Below are positions 50,189-60,067 of a stretch of 64,000 bases of DNA, one piece after another (the stretch's first letter is position 1; each line of letters starts with the position of its first letter). Position numbers and translations under genes: made by a program. The stretch is from an uncultured Pseudomonadota bacterium (GTDB lineage Bacteria > JAMCPX01), in contig CAZJPN010000089.1 in assembly GCA_964547905.1 (NCBI GenBank), forward strand, positions 12,909 to 76,908, read 5' to 3'. The notes below the pieces were generated by a model, which saw nothing but the letters and a program-made list of their open reading frames with translations, had not been told where the DNA came from and did not search any database.

Positions 50189-51037
50189 TTAAGCTCTAGT
50201 ATACATCATTTTCTCAAGCTTATCAATCCGTTCCTCTGTTGGCGGATGTGTGCTGAAAAGCGACGTTATCCCCTTGCCAAGAAATGGTTCCACAATGAAC
50301 ATGTGGGCTGTAGAAGGATTGGCACTCATTGGCATCCTTTGATTGCCGTACTCGAGTTTCTTTAAAGCGGATATCAATCCGTTTGGATTTCCTGTCAGCT
50401 TTGCACTTCCCTCATCAGCATAAAACTCCCGTGATCTCGATATTGCAAGTTGAACAATGCTTGCTGCAATCGGAGCAAGTATAGCAAATAAGAGCATGAC
50501 GAATATATTGTTATTTTTATTTCTGCCGTTAAACCCGCCGAACATACCTGCAAACATAGCCATCTGTGCCAGCATAACAATGGCACCTGCTATTGTTGCA
50601 GCTATGCTGCTGATAAGAATATCCCTGTGCTTTACATGGGAAAGCTCATGGCCAAGCACACCTTCAATCTCATCGTCATTGAGCATATCCAACAATCCTT
50701 CCGTAACAGCCACTGCTGCATGCTCCGGATTTCTTCCCGTTGCAAATGCATTCGGCGTCTGATTTGGTATAAGATATATCCTTGGCATTGGGAGGCCGTC
50801 CTGTGTCGTAAGTTTTCTCACTATGCCGAATAATCTTGGTGCATCGGATTCCGAAAGCTCTTTGGCTTTGTACATGGATAAAACTATTTTATCCGAAAAC
50901 CAGTAACTGAAAAAATTCATGGCCACAGCAAAAGCAAACGCAATCAGCATTCCATTTTCTCCGCCCAAAGCACCGCCTATAACTACCAGTAACCCCGTCA
51001 GTGCCCCGAGCAACAAAACCGTTTTCAATTGATTCAT
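50189..51037 (-). CDS. htpX: Zinc metalloprotease HtpX (M48)
   Basis: HELSH zinc motif in the TM context typical of HtpX. Confidence 0.85.
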   Translation of the reverse strand: MNQLKTVLLLGALTGLLVVIGGALGGENGMLIAFAFAVAMNFFSYWFSDKIVLSMYKAKELSESDAPRLFGIVRKLTTQDGLPMPRIYLIPNQTPNAFATGRNPEHAAVAVTEGLLDMLNDDEIEGVLGHELSHVKHRDILISSIAATIAGAIVMLAQMAMFAGMFGGFNGRNKNNNIFVMLLFAILAPIAASIVQLAISRSREFYADEGSAKLTGNPNGLISALKKLEYGNQRMPMSANPSTAHMFIVEPFLGKGITSLFSTHPPTEERIDKLEKMMYTRA

Positions 51038-51315
51038 ATTTCTATTCTCCTGTTCTTATCGTTATCTTATGAAAATTTTAAAACCACTTATGTTAGAAGT
51101 CAATAGGCGATCGATCTGGCCCGCACCCATGTTCTATAAAAAAACTGCAGTTGCGACCTGCATGAGAAGAAGAATTAACAAGTCTTCTTACTGAATTTTT
51201 GGGGTTGCAGGCAGACTCAGCACTATTGATAATGGCTTATGTGTTCCAGGACATAGAAGAAAAACTTCACAGCGGATGGTACAATGAAAACACTGAATAA
51301 CGGAACTTATGAGTA

Positions 51316-52899
51316 TCATTGCTGTTCGGATTCGACCACTGCGGCTTCTTTCGACGGCTTTACTTTTTTATAGATTATGTCTTTTATCATGAAAGTGGGG
51401 ATTATGCTCGCCAGAACGAACAGAGCCGAGATGAAAAAGGCATCGTCATAGGCATTGGCGCTTGCCCACCGTTTTAGATAGTACCCGATGAATACGCCCT
51501 TGCTTGCAATGCCCGCGTTATGAAAACTTGCACCGGTGCTCAGGGCATACGCTTTTATCTTGTCCAATGCCTCATACCAGAGAGGAGAATTGTAGGCTAT
51601 GCTGCCCGCGTAGGTTGTCATGTGGAAGTCCGTCCTGCTCTCCACGATAACGCCCATGACTGCTATGCTGAACGAACTCCCGATCCTCAAAAGCAGGTTT
51701 AAGATTCCGGAACCCAGGTTCACCTGTTCCGGCTCCAGCGCATTTATCGCCGAATTGGTAAGCGGTGCCATGATAAAACTTATGCCGCACCCCCTCATGA
51801 TCATACCCGCAATAATGAAGCCGGAACTCGAAAAGATCGATAAGGAAGAGAAATAAAACAGGGAGAATGCTGTCAACAGGGTACCGAAGATCAACGGTCT
51901 CTTTGAACCAAGCCAGTCGGAGATCTTGCCGGCGATCGGCATACTGACGGTCAGGGCGAGCGCCTGCGGTATCAGCATCATGCCGGTTGTTGTCGCAGAA
52001 TAGTTCATGAGGTTTTGAAAAAACATACTCATGAGGAAAACGCTTCCTATCAAAGCCACTGACCTGGTGAGCTGCATGATGTTGGACAGGGTGAAATTAT
52101 AGTTTCTGAAGATGGAAAGGTCCATGATAGGATGCTCGACCATAAATTCCGTCATTATAAAGAACAAAAAAGAGAAATAAGATGCCGCAAACAGCGAGGT
52201 TATATACCCGGACATCCATCCCTTTTCCTGCCCTTTTTGAAGGGCAACCATCAACGTACTGATAAATACGGAAAACATTATAAAGCCTATGTAATCAAAA
52301 TTCTTATAGAGCTTCAAATTTCCCTTTGACGGTCGTAAGACGGTGATGGCCCAGAACAGCGTCAGTACGCCGATGGGGATGTTTATGTAGAACAATGCGC
52401 GCCATCCCACGTGGTCGATGATATAACCGAACAGCATGGGACCGATTGCCGGAGCCACGGTGGTGCCCGCTCCCCACATGCCGAGAGCGAAACCGCGCTC
52501 TTCTTTCGGAAACACCTCCGAGAGCATAGTCACGCTGATCGGGGTAATGGCGCCGGCACCTATTGCCTGGACCACTCTGAAGAAGATAAGGGAATCAAGG
52601 CTCCACGCAAAGCTGCACAGAAAAGAGCCGATGACGAAAAAGGCCAGACCGAATAAAAAGGTCCGTTTCAGCCCGATGATGTTTTTCATCCATGTTGCGA
52701 ACAGGATAAATATTGCAAAAGCGAGCAGGTACACCGTGGATATCCATTCTACCTGTTCCATGTTTATGCCGAATGCCACCATAAAATGCGGCAGGGCAAT
52801 GTTCATACCCGAGCTGTCCAGCACGCTCATGAAGCTGCCAATCATGACGATGGCAAGGACCCACCATTTATAATCTTGATCGTTATTTTCTTTGGTCAT
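51316..52899 (-). CDS. MFS transporter, DHA2 (EmrB/QacA, 14-TMS) drug:H+ antiporter family
   Basis: 527 aa. N-terminus MSVLDSSGMNIALPHF... and motif A/C regions match EmrB-type exporters. GC content (~50%) is higher than the surrounding genes. Confidence 0.8.
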   Translation of the reverse strand: MTKENNDQDYKWWVLAIVMIGSFMSVLDSSGMNIALPHFMVAFGINMEQVEWISTVYLLAFAIFILFATWMKNIIGLKRTFLFGLAFFVIGSFLCSFAWSLDSLIFFRVVQAIGAGAITPISVTMLSEVFPKEERGFALGMWGAGTTVAPAIGPMLFGYIIDHVGWRALFYINIPIGVLTLFWAITVLRPSKGNLKLYKNFDYIGFIMFSVFISTLMVALQKGQEKGWMSGYITSLFAASYFSFLFFIMTEFMVEHPIMDLSIFRNYNFTLSNIMQLTRSVALIGSVFLMSMFFQNLMNYSATTTGMMLIPQALALTVSMPIAGKISDWLGSKRPLIFGTLLTAFSLFYFSSLSIFSSSGFIIAGMIMRGCGISFIMAPLTNSAINALEPEQVNLGSGILNLLLRIGSSFSIAVMGVIVESRTDFHMTTYAGSIAYNSPLWYEALDKIKAYALSTGASFHNAGIASKGVFIGYYLKRWASANAYDDAFFISALFVLASIIPTFMIKDIIYKKVKPSKEAAVVESEQQ

Positions 52900-53110
52900 A
52901 TTTGTCCTTTAAACTTCGGAATTACATAAGTTAACTATCCTTTGATATCAAGAAAGTCTATTAACCTTGTATATTTTAACGTGCGGGCTACCGGAAAAGT
53001 TCCCCAACACATTCCACCAAAACAAAGACCTGCATTCTCTTGACAAAAAAATCACGTTATTGCAAAAATCAATGGAACTGTTCCACCATGGGACACAGAA
53101 AAGGAGTATT

Positions 53111-54808
53111 ATGAAACCGTTAAGCACATTCCAGCCAGACTGGAGGGAAGACGTTCCGGCAGACGGCTCGTACCGGTCTATCTTCAAGTATGACCCTGAA
53201 AAATTCTCGCACCCGAGCGCAGCATGGTACGAGATGTTCAAAAAAGAGTTCGGCATGACCGACGAGGACTTCAGGAAACGGCAGTCCGGGGGCGATGAAA
53301 AGGTAGTGCTTGGGCGCAAGCCCGGACTGGGCGAAGAACAGATCAACGCATTCATCGGTATCGTCGGGAAGGAAAACGTTTCCACGGACGACTACAGCCG
53401 GGTCAAGTACGGCAACGGTAAGTCCCTGGATGAAAACCTTGCCATGAGAAAAGGTGCTGCAGGCAGGGTCCCGGATCTGGTGATCCATCCCCGCAACAAG
53501 GAAGACGTGGCAAAAATAGTTGCGTACTGCAATACCCGGAAGATTCCCATCATCACCTACGGGGCAGGTTCCGGCGTTGTCCTGGGCATGAGATCGGACA
53601 GGGGCGGCATCGTGCTGGTCATGAAGACCCACATGAACAAGGTCCTGGCGGTAAACGAGCTGAACCATACTGCGGTCGTCCAGCCAGGCATCCTGGGACC
53701 GGATTATGAAGCAGCGCTGAACAATGCCCCCGGTTTATTCGGCACCTCACACCGGTACACGTGCGGACATTTCCCCCAGTCGTTTGAACTGGCAACAGTC
53801 GGCGGATGGATACTCGCACTGGGCTCGGGACAGGCTTCCACTTACTACGGTGATGCGTACACTATAGTCCTCAGCCAGGAATATGTCACTCCCGCAGGTA
53901 TCATCAAAACACGTGATATTCCAGGGACAGCAACGGGTCCGAAGGTCAACGACATGATGAAGGGAAGTGAAGGCGCATTCGGGATCCTGGTCGAGGCAAC
54001 TATGAAGATATTCAGGTATACGCCGGATAGCAGGCAGCGATTTGCCTTCATGTTCCCGTCATGGGAGGCAGCGGTCAACGCATCACGGGAGATCGTGCAG
54101 GGAGAATTCGGCCTGCCCGCGGTACTGCGTATCTCCGACCCGGAGGAAACCGAAATAGGACTGAAACTCAAAGGTTACAATAACGGAGTGTTGGATAAAT
54201 TTCTGAGATACCGCGGATTCATGCCCATGGAGAGGTGCCTGTGTATCGGGACGGTTGAGGGAGAGAAAGGCTACGCGAAACATGTAAAAAAGATGGCTTC
54301 GAAGATTGCGCACAAGTTCGGGGCAATGTCCCTGACCGGCTACGCTACCAAACAATGGGAACACGGCAGATACTCCGATGTACATATGCGGGAAGACCTT
54401 CTGGATTACGGCATAATCATCGATACGCTGGAGACCGGGGTAAGCTGGGAAAATCTGCACCGACTTCATCAGGGGGTACGCTCGTTCGTCAAGAGCCGCC
54501 CCGGGACCATATGCACGACCCATGCTTCGCACTTTTATCCCCAGGGTACCAACCTGTACTTCATCCTGTTACTCAAGCCCAAAGACGGCGATGAGTTCTT
54601 CAGGTTCCGCAAGCAGATCGTTGATGCGATCGTTGCGCACGGCGGGTCAGTCAGCCATCATCACGGGATCGGCAGGATGTTCGCACCATGGATAGAGGGC
54701 TACCTTGGGAAGGAACAGCTGGATGTCCTGCGCGCACTCAAACGGCATTTCGATCCGAACGATATCATGAACCCCGGCGGAACGCTGGGACTGGATTCTC
54801 CGGAATAA
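53111..54808 (+). CDS. FAD-linked oxidase of the alkyl-DHAP synthase (AGPS)/GlcD family
   Basis: AAGGAG RBS 5 nt upstream of the ATG at 53111. PCMH FAD-binding domain (RVPDLVIHP...). C-terminal ...SHFYPQGTNLYF...HHHGIGR resembles AGPS. ~55% GC. Confidence 0.7.
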   Translation: MKPLSTFQPDWREDVPADGSYRSIFKYDPEKFSHPSAAWYEMFKKEFGMTDEDFRKRQSGGDEKVVLGRKPGLGEEQINAFIGIVGKENVSTDDYSRVKYGNGKSLDENLAMRKGAAGRVPDLVIHPRNKEDVAKIVAYCNTRKIPIITYGAGSGVVLGMRSDRGGIVLVMKTHMNKVLAVNELNHTAVVQPGILGPDYEAALNNAPGLFGTSHRYTCGHFPQSFELATVGGWILALGSGQASTYYGDAYTIVLSQEYVTPAGIIKTRDIPGTATGPKVNDMMKGSEGAFGILVEATMKIFRYTPDSRQRFAFMFPSWEAAVNASREIVQGEFGLPAVLRISDPEETEIGLKLKGYNNGVLDKFLRYRGFMPMERCLCIGTVEGEKGYAKHVKKMASKIAHKFGAMSLTGYATKQWEHGRYSDVHMREDLLDYGIIIDTLETGVSWENLHRLHQGVRSFVKSRPGTICTTHASHFYPQGTNLYFILLLKPKDGDEFFRFRKQIVDAIVAHGGSVSHHHGIGRMFAPWIEGYLGKEQLDVLRALKRHFDPNDIMNPGGTLGLDSPE

Positions 54809-54815
54809 CCTGTTC

Positions 54816-55994
54816 ATGGGTACAAAAAACAAAATTTTGGTCACCTGCGCAAAGGGGATAACGCCCTATTTGAAGGAGGAGATTACCTCGCTTGGATTCC
54901 CGGTAATCTCCAAGTCCATTGCGGGCATAGAGACCGAGGGGACCATGGACGACACACTCCGGCTCAATCTCATGCTCCGCACGGGACATCGGGTGCTTTT
55001 TCTCATCAAGCAGTTCTTTGCGCAGGATGCGGACGACCTGTACCGCGCGCTGTCGGAGATAGCATGGGAAGAATATATATCCGAGGACGGGTACGTTTGT
55101 GTAACATCAAGTGTGGACAACACGAGTATCAGGGACTCGCGCTACGCAAATGTAAAAAGCAAGGACGCTATCGTCGACAGGATAAACGCACGGCGAGGGC
55201 GGCGTCCGGACTCAGGCCCGGATAAAGGCAATACCGTGGTCAATGTCTATTGGAAAGGCGACGAGTGCGCGGTGTATTTCGACACCTCGGGTGAGGCACT
55301 TTCCCAGCGCGGGTATAGAAAACTTCCGATGTCCGCGCCCATGCAGGAGACGCTTGCTGCCGCTGTTATACGGGCAGCCGGGTGGAACGGGAGCCGGAAT
55401 TTCATCAACCCCATGTGCGGGAGCGGGACCCTTGCCATCGAGGCTGCAATGATCGCACTGAACAGGGCACCCGGGCTTTTGAGGGACAATTACGGGTTTA
55501 TGCACATAAAAGGATTTAACAAACCGCTCTGGGACAGTCTGCGGACGCAGGCAAAGAAGGAGTCACGCAAGACGCTGCAGTGCAGGATCATCGCCACGGA
55601 CATCAGCAGGCAGTCGGTGGAAGCGGCAAAGAAAAATGCCGCAACAGCAGGCGTGGAGCATTTCATCGAATTCGGTGCAGGTGATTATTCCGAAACCGCA
55701 ATTCCCGGGGACCGGGGCATAGTCATACTCAACCCGGAGTACGGGATAAGGATGGGAAACACCGGGATGCTCGAGGTCATGTATAAGGGGATCGGTGATT
55801 TTTTTAAGAAAAAGTGCAGCGGATGCACAGGGTATGTTTTTACCGGGAATCTTGACATGGCAAAGAAGATCGGGCTGAGGGCAAAGAAAAGGATCCCATT
55901 CTTCAACGGCGCTATAGAGTGCAGGCTCCTCGAATACGAGATGTACGATGGCAGCAAAAGAAAACCCGGACAGGAAAACAAACTACAGGTTTAA
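54816..55994 (+). CDS. THUMP-domain class I SAM methyltransferase (RlmL N-terminal-half type, putative rRNA m2G methyltransferase)
   Basis: THUMP region, then PMCGSGTLAIEAAMIA and NPEYG(IRMG), i.e. the NPPY-type motif. Aligns with the RlmL N-terminal domain. Coupled to the upstream gene. Confidence 0.7.
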   Translation: MGTKNKILVTCAKGITPYLKEEITSLGFPVISKSIAGIETEGTMDDTLRLNLMLRTGHRVLFLIKQFFAQDADDLYRALSEIAWEEYISEDGYVCVTSSVDNTSIRDSRYANVKSKDAIVDRINARRGRRPDSGPDKGNTVVNVYWKGDECAVYFDTSGEALSQRGYRKLPMSAPMQETLAAAVIRAAGWNGSRNFINPMCGSGTLAIEAAMIALNRAPGLLRDNYGFMHIKGFNKPLWDSLRTQAKKESRKTLQCRIIATDISRQSVEAAKKNAATAGVEHFIEFGAGDYSETAIPGDRGIVILNPEYGIRMGNTGMLEVMYKGIGDFFKKKCSGCTGYVFTGNLDMAKKIGLRAKKRIPFFNGAIECRLLEYEMYDGSKRKPGQENKLQV

Positions 55995-56012
55995 GCGCTA
56001 CAGCCCGCAGGT

Positions 56013-56984
56013 TCAGCCGACCGTCAACAACAATTTACCCATGGTCGTGCGGCTTTCCAGTTTCCGCTGTGCATCCGCAGCCCGGGCCAGCGGGAACACC
56101 GAGTCGATACGCACGATCAGCTCGCCTTTTAACATCCACTGGAACAAATCGTTTGCACGTTCCAGCAGTTCAGCCCTGGTTGCGGTATACTGTAGTAACG
56201 AAGGACGCGTGATAAAAAGTCCGCCCTTGGTATTGAGAATCTGCAGATCGACCGGTGGAACAGGACCCGAGGCCTGACCGTACAACACCATAAAACCTCG
56301 CGGCTGCAGGCAATCCAAACTCTTTTCGAAGGTTGCGATCCCGACTCCATCGTACACAACATGGACGCCCTTGCCGCCGGTCAGTTGTTTGACCTCTTTT
56401 TCCCAGCTTGCTCCGGTATAGAGGATCACATCATCCGCACCGGCCTGTTTTGCAAGCTGTGCCTTTTCATCCGTTGAGACCGTCCCGATAACGCGCGCAC
56501 CCCGGCGTTTCGCTATCTGAACGAGGAGCAATCCGACACCGCCCGCAGCAGAGTGCACGAGTGTAGTGTCTCCGGGCTTGAGCGGATAGGTGCTGCACGC
56601 AAGATAATGGGCTGTCATGCCTTGCAGCATCACGGCTGCAGCGTGCTGTAAATTGATACCGTCCGGGACACGCAGGAGCCGCCATGCAGGGACCACGGCA
56701 TACTCTGCATACGATCCGAGCGCTGATGCATACGCGACACGATCGCCTGTCCGCACCTCGGTAACACCCTGCCCCACGACATCCACAACGCCGGAAGCTT
56801 CCTGGCCTGCGGTAAACGGTAAAGCGACAGGGTACAGGCCCTTACGCTGATAAATATCAACGTAATTGATACCGCTCGCTTCAATCCTGACACGGACCTC
56901 GCCGTGCTTCGGATCGGGCGCTGCACTGTCCTCATACCTCAAAACTTCGGGACCGCCGTACTTATATACACGAATGGCTTTCAT
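56013..56984 (-). CDS. qor: NADPH:quinone oxidoreductase (zeta-crystallin / MDR family)
   Basis: [15 protein letters not shown]..., with the Rossmann motif [10 protein letters not shown]. ~60% GC. Internal Met chosen as the start to avoid overlapping nuoN. Confidence 0.8.
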   Translation of the reverse strand: MKAIRVYKYGGPEVLRYEDSAAPDPKHGEVRVRIEASGINYVDIYQRKGLYPVALPFTAGQEASGVVDVVGQGVTEVRTGDRVAYASALGSYAEYAVVPAWRLLRVPDGINLQHAAAVMLQGMTAHYLACSTYPLKPGDTTLVHSAAGGVGLLLVQIAKRRGARVIGTVSTDEKAQLAKQAGADDVILYTGASWEKEVKQLTGGKGVHVVYDGVGIATFEKSLDCLQPRGFMVLYGQASGPVPPVDLQILNTKGGLFITRPSLLQYTATRAELLERANDLFQWMLKGELIVRIDSVFPLARAADAQRKLESRTTMGKLLLTVG

Positions 56985-56997
56985 AATTCTATTCTGG

Positions 56998-58482
56998 CTA
57001 ATACATGAAGCTTGAAAAATGGGCAAAGCTCTGCAGCGGCGCCCACCATATACCGAAGAGAATGGTCGGTATAAGCAGACTTATGATAATAAGTGCCGGC
57101 AGTATTCCAACCTTGATCGGCTGAATATTCGCAGGGGCTGTTTCAAGATACATCTTTTTTATTACCCGTGCATAATAATACAGAGAAACAACGGTATTCA
57201 GAACAGCTATAATAACAAGCCAGTACATCCCCTTATCTATTGCAGCGAGAAAGATGACCACCTTTCCGATAAATCCGGCAAACGGAGGTATACCTGTCAA
57301 AGAAAACAAGAATACAGCCATCGCAGCGGATAAACCAGGTGCTACCTGGGATAAGCCGGAGTAACGGTTGATGTCCTCCGATTGCAGATTGTTATCAACG
57401 ACCATAACGACAACAAATGCACCGAGGTTCATGAAAAAATAAACCGTAAGATAAAGCAGTATTGCACTTATCGCATCTTTAGAAATGATAGACAATCCGA
57501 TAAGCATATACCCTGCATGGGCTATACTGGAATATGCAAGCATTCTTTTGATATTGTTCTGTGGTATTGCGACGATGTTACCGATAGTCATTGTAAACGC
57601 GGAAATAATAGCTATAAGCAGCAGCCATTTAACATGGCTTACATTTGCATAATATCCTGTCATGCTTACAGAACTGACGTATGCTGTATAAAAGAACCGC
57701 AGGACCACTGCAAAACCAGCGGCCTTTGAAGCTACCGCAAGAAGAGCTGTTATCGGTGTTGGAGCGCCCTCGTAAACATCCGGTGCCCACATGTGCATGG
57801 GAACCATGGCTATCTTAAATCCAAAACCAGCAAGCACAAACAACGTTGCGACATAAATGGTAACGGGAGGATAATTATAGTTCATGAATGTTATAACAAT
57901 ATCCTTGAGGTTAAGGGAATGTGCAATACCATACAAAATGGACATACCATACAGCATAAACCCTGATGCAATAGAACCATATATTATGTATTTAAGTCCT
58001 GCCTCTTTCGAACGCCTCACACCTTTTGTGTAAGATACAAGTAGATATGACATAACGCTGAGCAGCTCTATAGAAAGATAGATCATAAGCAGATTCATAG
58101 AGCTCGCCATCATAGACATCCCTATACCAAAACCCGAAAGTATGGCTACGAACTCCCACTTCCCGTCTACGTCTTTCAATTCTCTTGAACTGAAAGCCAT
58201 AAGCAAAACATATATTATGGAAGCATAAGCGATAATTCTGAAGAACAGACTGAACGGATCTATGGCAATCATACCGTAAAAAGCCGTATCAAGGGTAAGC
58301 CTTTCATACAGTATTATAGTTGCCGCCAGTGACCCGAGCATACCTATTATACCTATATAAAAAGCCCCGTTGCTCCTGAAATGCTTCATAAGCATTGCGC
58401 CTAGAAGGGCCATGGAAGCTGTCAGTACGGCAATTATTTCCGGCATTATGAAAAAAAGCGATCTTATTAAATCTCCCTGCAT
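56998..58482 (-). CDS. nuoN: NADH-quinone oxidoreductase subunit N
   Basis: 494 aa, 14-TM antiporter-like subunit. Last gene of the nuo operon. Confidence 0.85.
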   Translation of the reverse strand: MQGDLIRSLFFIMPEIIAVLTASMALLGAMLMKHFRSNGAFYIGIIGMLGSLAATIILYERLTLDTAFYGMIAIDPFSLFFRIIAYASIIYVLLMAFSSRELKDVDGKWEFVAILSGFGIGMSMMASSMNLLMIYLSIELLSVMSYLLVSYTKGVRRSKEAGLKYIIYGSIASGFMLYGMSILYGIAHSLNLKDIVITFMNYNYPPVTIYVATLFVLAGFGFKIAMVPMHMWAPDVYEGAPTPITALLAVASKAAGFAVVLRFFYTAYVSSVSMTGYYANVSHVKWLLLIAIISAFTMTIGNIVAIPQNNIKRMLAYSSIAHAGYMLIGLSIISKDAISAILLYLTVYFFMNLGAFVVVMVVDNNLQSEDINRYSGLSQVAPGLSAAMAVFLFSLTGIPPFAGFIGKVVIFLAAIDKGMYWLVIIAVLNTVVSLYYYARVIKKMYLETAPANIQPIKVGILPALIIISLLIPTILFGIWWAPLQSFAHFSSFMY

Positions 58483-58555
58483 TATACCTGCTCCATTGTC
58501 TTGTAGGGTCGGTTCATAAACCTCCCTGTCTTTATTGATTCAAAAATACTTTTCA

Positions 58556-60055
58556 TCAGTGACCTACCATTGTGAGTAATTTTGTAAGTGAAGGCCCGAC
58601 AAGGTGAAAGAAAGGTACAGGATAAACACCAAAGAATATTGCAATCAATACAAGCGGTATAAGCGTAAACAATTCTCTACCGTTAATCTCCGCAATACCT
58701 TTATATTTTTCATTCGCAGGACCCAAAAAGACCCTCTGATATGCCCATAAGAAATAACCCGCTGTAAATATTACGCCTGTAGCAGATAGAACAACAATGA
58801 CAGGATAAACCTTGAATGCACCAAGGAATACGAGAATCTCTCCGACAAACCCGCTCAGTCCAGGCAAGCCCAGTGAACCCATAAATGCAAGACTTGTTAT
58901 ACCTGCATAGATAGGCATATAGGTTGCAAGCCCTCCAAATCCGTTGAGGTCTCTGTGGTGCGCCCTATCGTAGACAACACCGACGAGTAAAAAGAGCATC
59001 CCTGTGATAATACCGTGATTGAACATCTGCATAAGAGCACCATTGAAACCTATAAAGGTCATTGACGACAATCCGAGTATTACAAAACCCATGTGGCTCA
59101 CAGAAGAATAAGCAATCATCTTCTTGAAATCCGTCTGTGCCATGGCAACCAGCGCTCCGTAAACAATGTTTATAAGACCGAGGATTGCCAGCCCGATTGC
59201 CGTATAACGAGCCATATCCGGCAACAAGGGAAAGCTTATCCTCATAAGACCGTAGGCACCCATCTTCAGCAATACACCGGCAAGGATAACGCTGATGGCT
59301 GTTGGTGCTTCAACGTGTGCGTCCGGCAGCCAGGTATGGAACGGGAATACAGGTACCTTTATGGCAAAACCTATAAACAGGGCTATGTACATTGCGAGTC
59401 TTATTCCGAACTCTTTTATAAACGGACCCTGATTGGCCTGGTTCATGAGTAATACAATATCAAAGGTATGCCTCCCTGTTGCCGGATCCATGCTGTTAAA
59501 ATAAAATGCAAGTATAACGACAAGCATGAGTACGCTTCCAGCAAGCGTATACAGAAAGAATTTTATCGCTGCGTACTCTCTTCTTGGACCACCCCAGATA
59601 CCGATAAGGAAGTACATCGGAAACAACATCAATTCCCAGAACACATAGAACAGAAAGAAATCCAATGACATGAATACACCAAGCATAGCGGTAACAAGCA
59701 AAAGGTAAAGGGCAAAATAAGCCTTGTGTGCTTTATTGATATTCCATGAGGCAAATACCGCAAGGAAACTAAGCAGGCCTGTCAGAATAACCATGGGGGC
59801 ACTGATACCGTCCACTCCGAGATAATACTGTATGTTAAATGCCGGTATCCAAGAATATTTTTCTACAAACTGGAATCCGCCGTCCGAAAGATTCATGGTA
59901 GCATACATATAAAAAGAAAGGATCATCGGTATGAACGTGAACACCACCGCGGTCCACCTGATCCATGAGACCTTATCTTTTGGCATCAGTAAAACCAGGA
60001 CAAAGCCTATCATCGGCGTAAAAACAATCCAGCTTAAAAGATAATTAGACAACAT
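58556..60055 (-). CDS. nuoM: NADH-quinone oxidoreductase subunit M
   Basis: 499 aa, NuoM/ND4-like. Confidence 0.85.
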   Translation of the reverse strand: MLSNYLLSWIVFTPMIGFVLVLLMPKDKVSWIRWTAVVFTFIPMILSFYMYATMNLSDGGFQFVEKYSWIPAFNIQYYLGVDGISAPMVILTGLLSFLAVFASWNINKAHKAYFALYLLLVTAMLGVFMSLDFFLFYVFWELMLFPMYFLIGIWGGPRREYAAIKFFLYTLAGSVLMLVVILAFYFNSMDPATGRHTFDIVLLMNQANQGPFIKEFGIRLAMYIALFIGFAIKVPVFPFHTWLPDAHVEAPTAISVILAGVLLKMGAYGLMRISFPLLPDMARYTAIGLAILGLINIVYGALVAMAQTDFKKMIAYSSVSHMGFVILGLSSMTFIGFNGALMQMFNHGIITGMLFLLVGVVYDRAHHRDLNGFGGLATYMPIYAGITSLAFMGSLGLPGLSGFVGEILVFLGAFKVYPVIVVLSATGVIFTAGYFLWAYQRVFLGPANEKYKGIAEINGRELFTLIPLVLIAIFFGVYPVPFFHLVGPSLTKLLTMVGH

Positions 60056-60067
60056 TTCTTCTTCCTC

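Noticed and set aside
51165-51190. AGAAGA-attaacaag-TCTTCT inverted repeat downstream of the MFS transporter gene, considered as a terminator or island boundary repeat
   Set aside because: Short 6-bp AT/GA stem without a U tract and no matching copy at the other end of the GC-rich block. It does not support a mobile-element boundary.
56985-57026. Longer qor ORF starting at 57026 ([13 protein letters not shown]...), which would overlap nuoN by 29 nt
   Set aside because: The conserved Qor N-terminus starts at [11 protein letters not shown], and the extension is not conserved sequence. The shorter start avoids the overlap.
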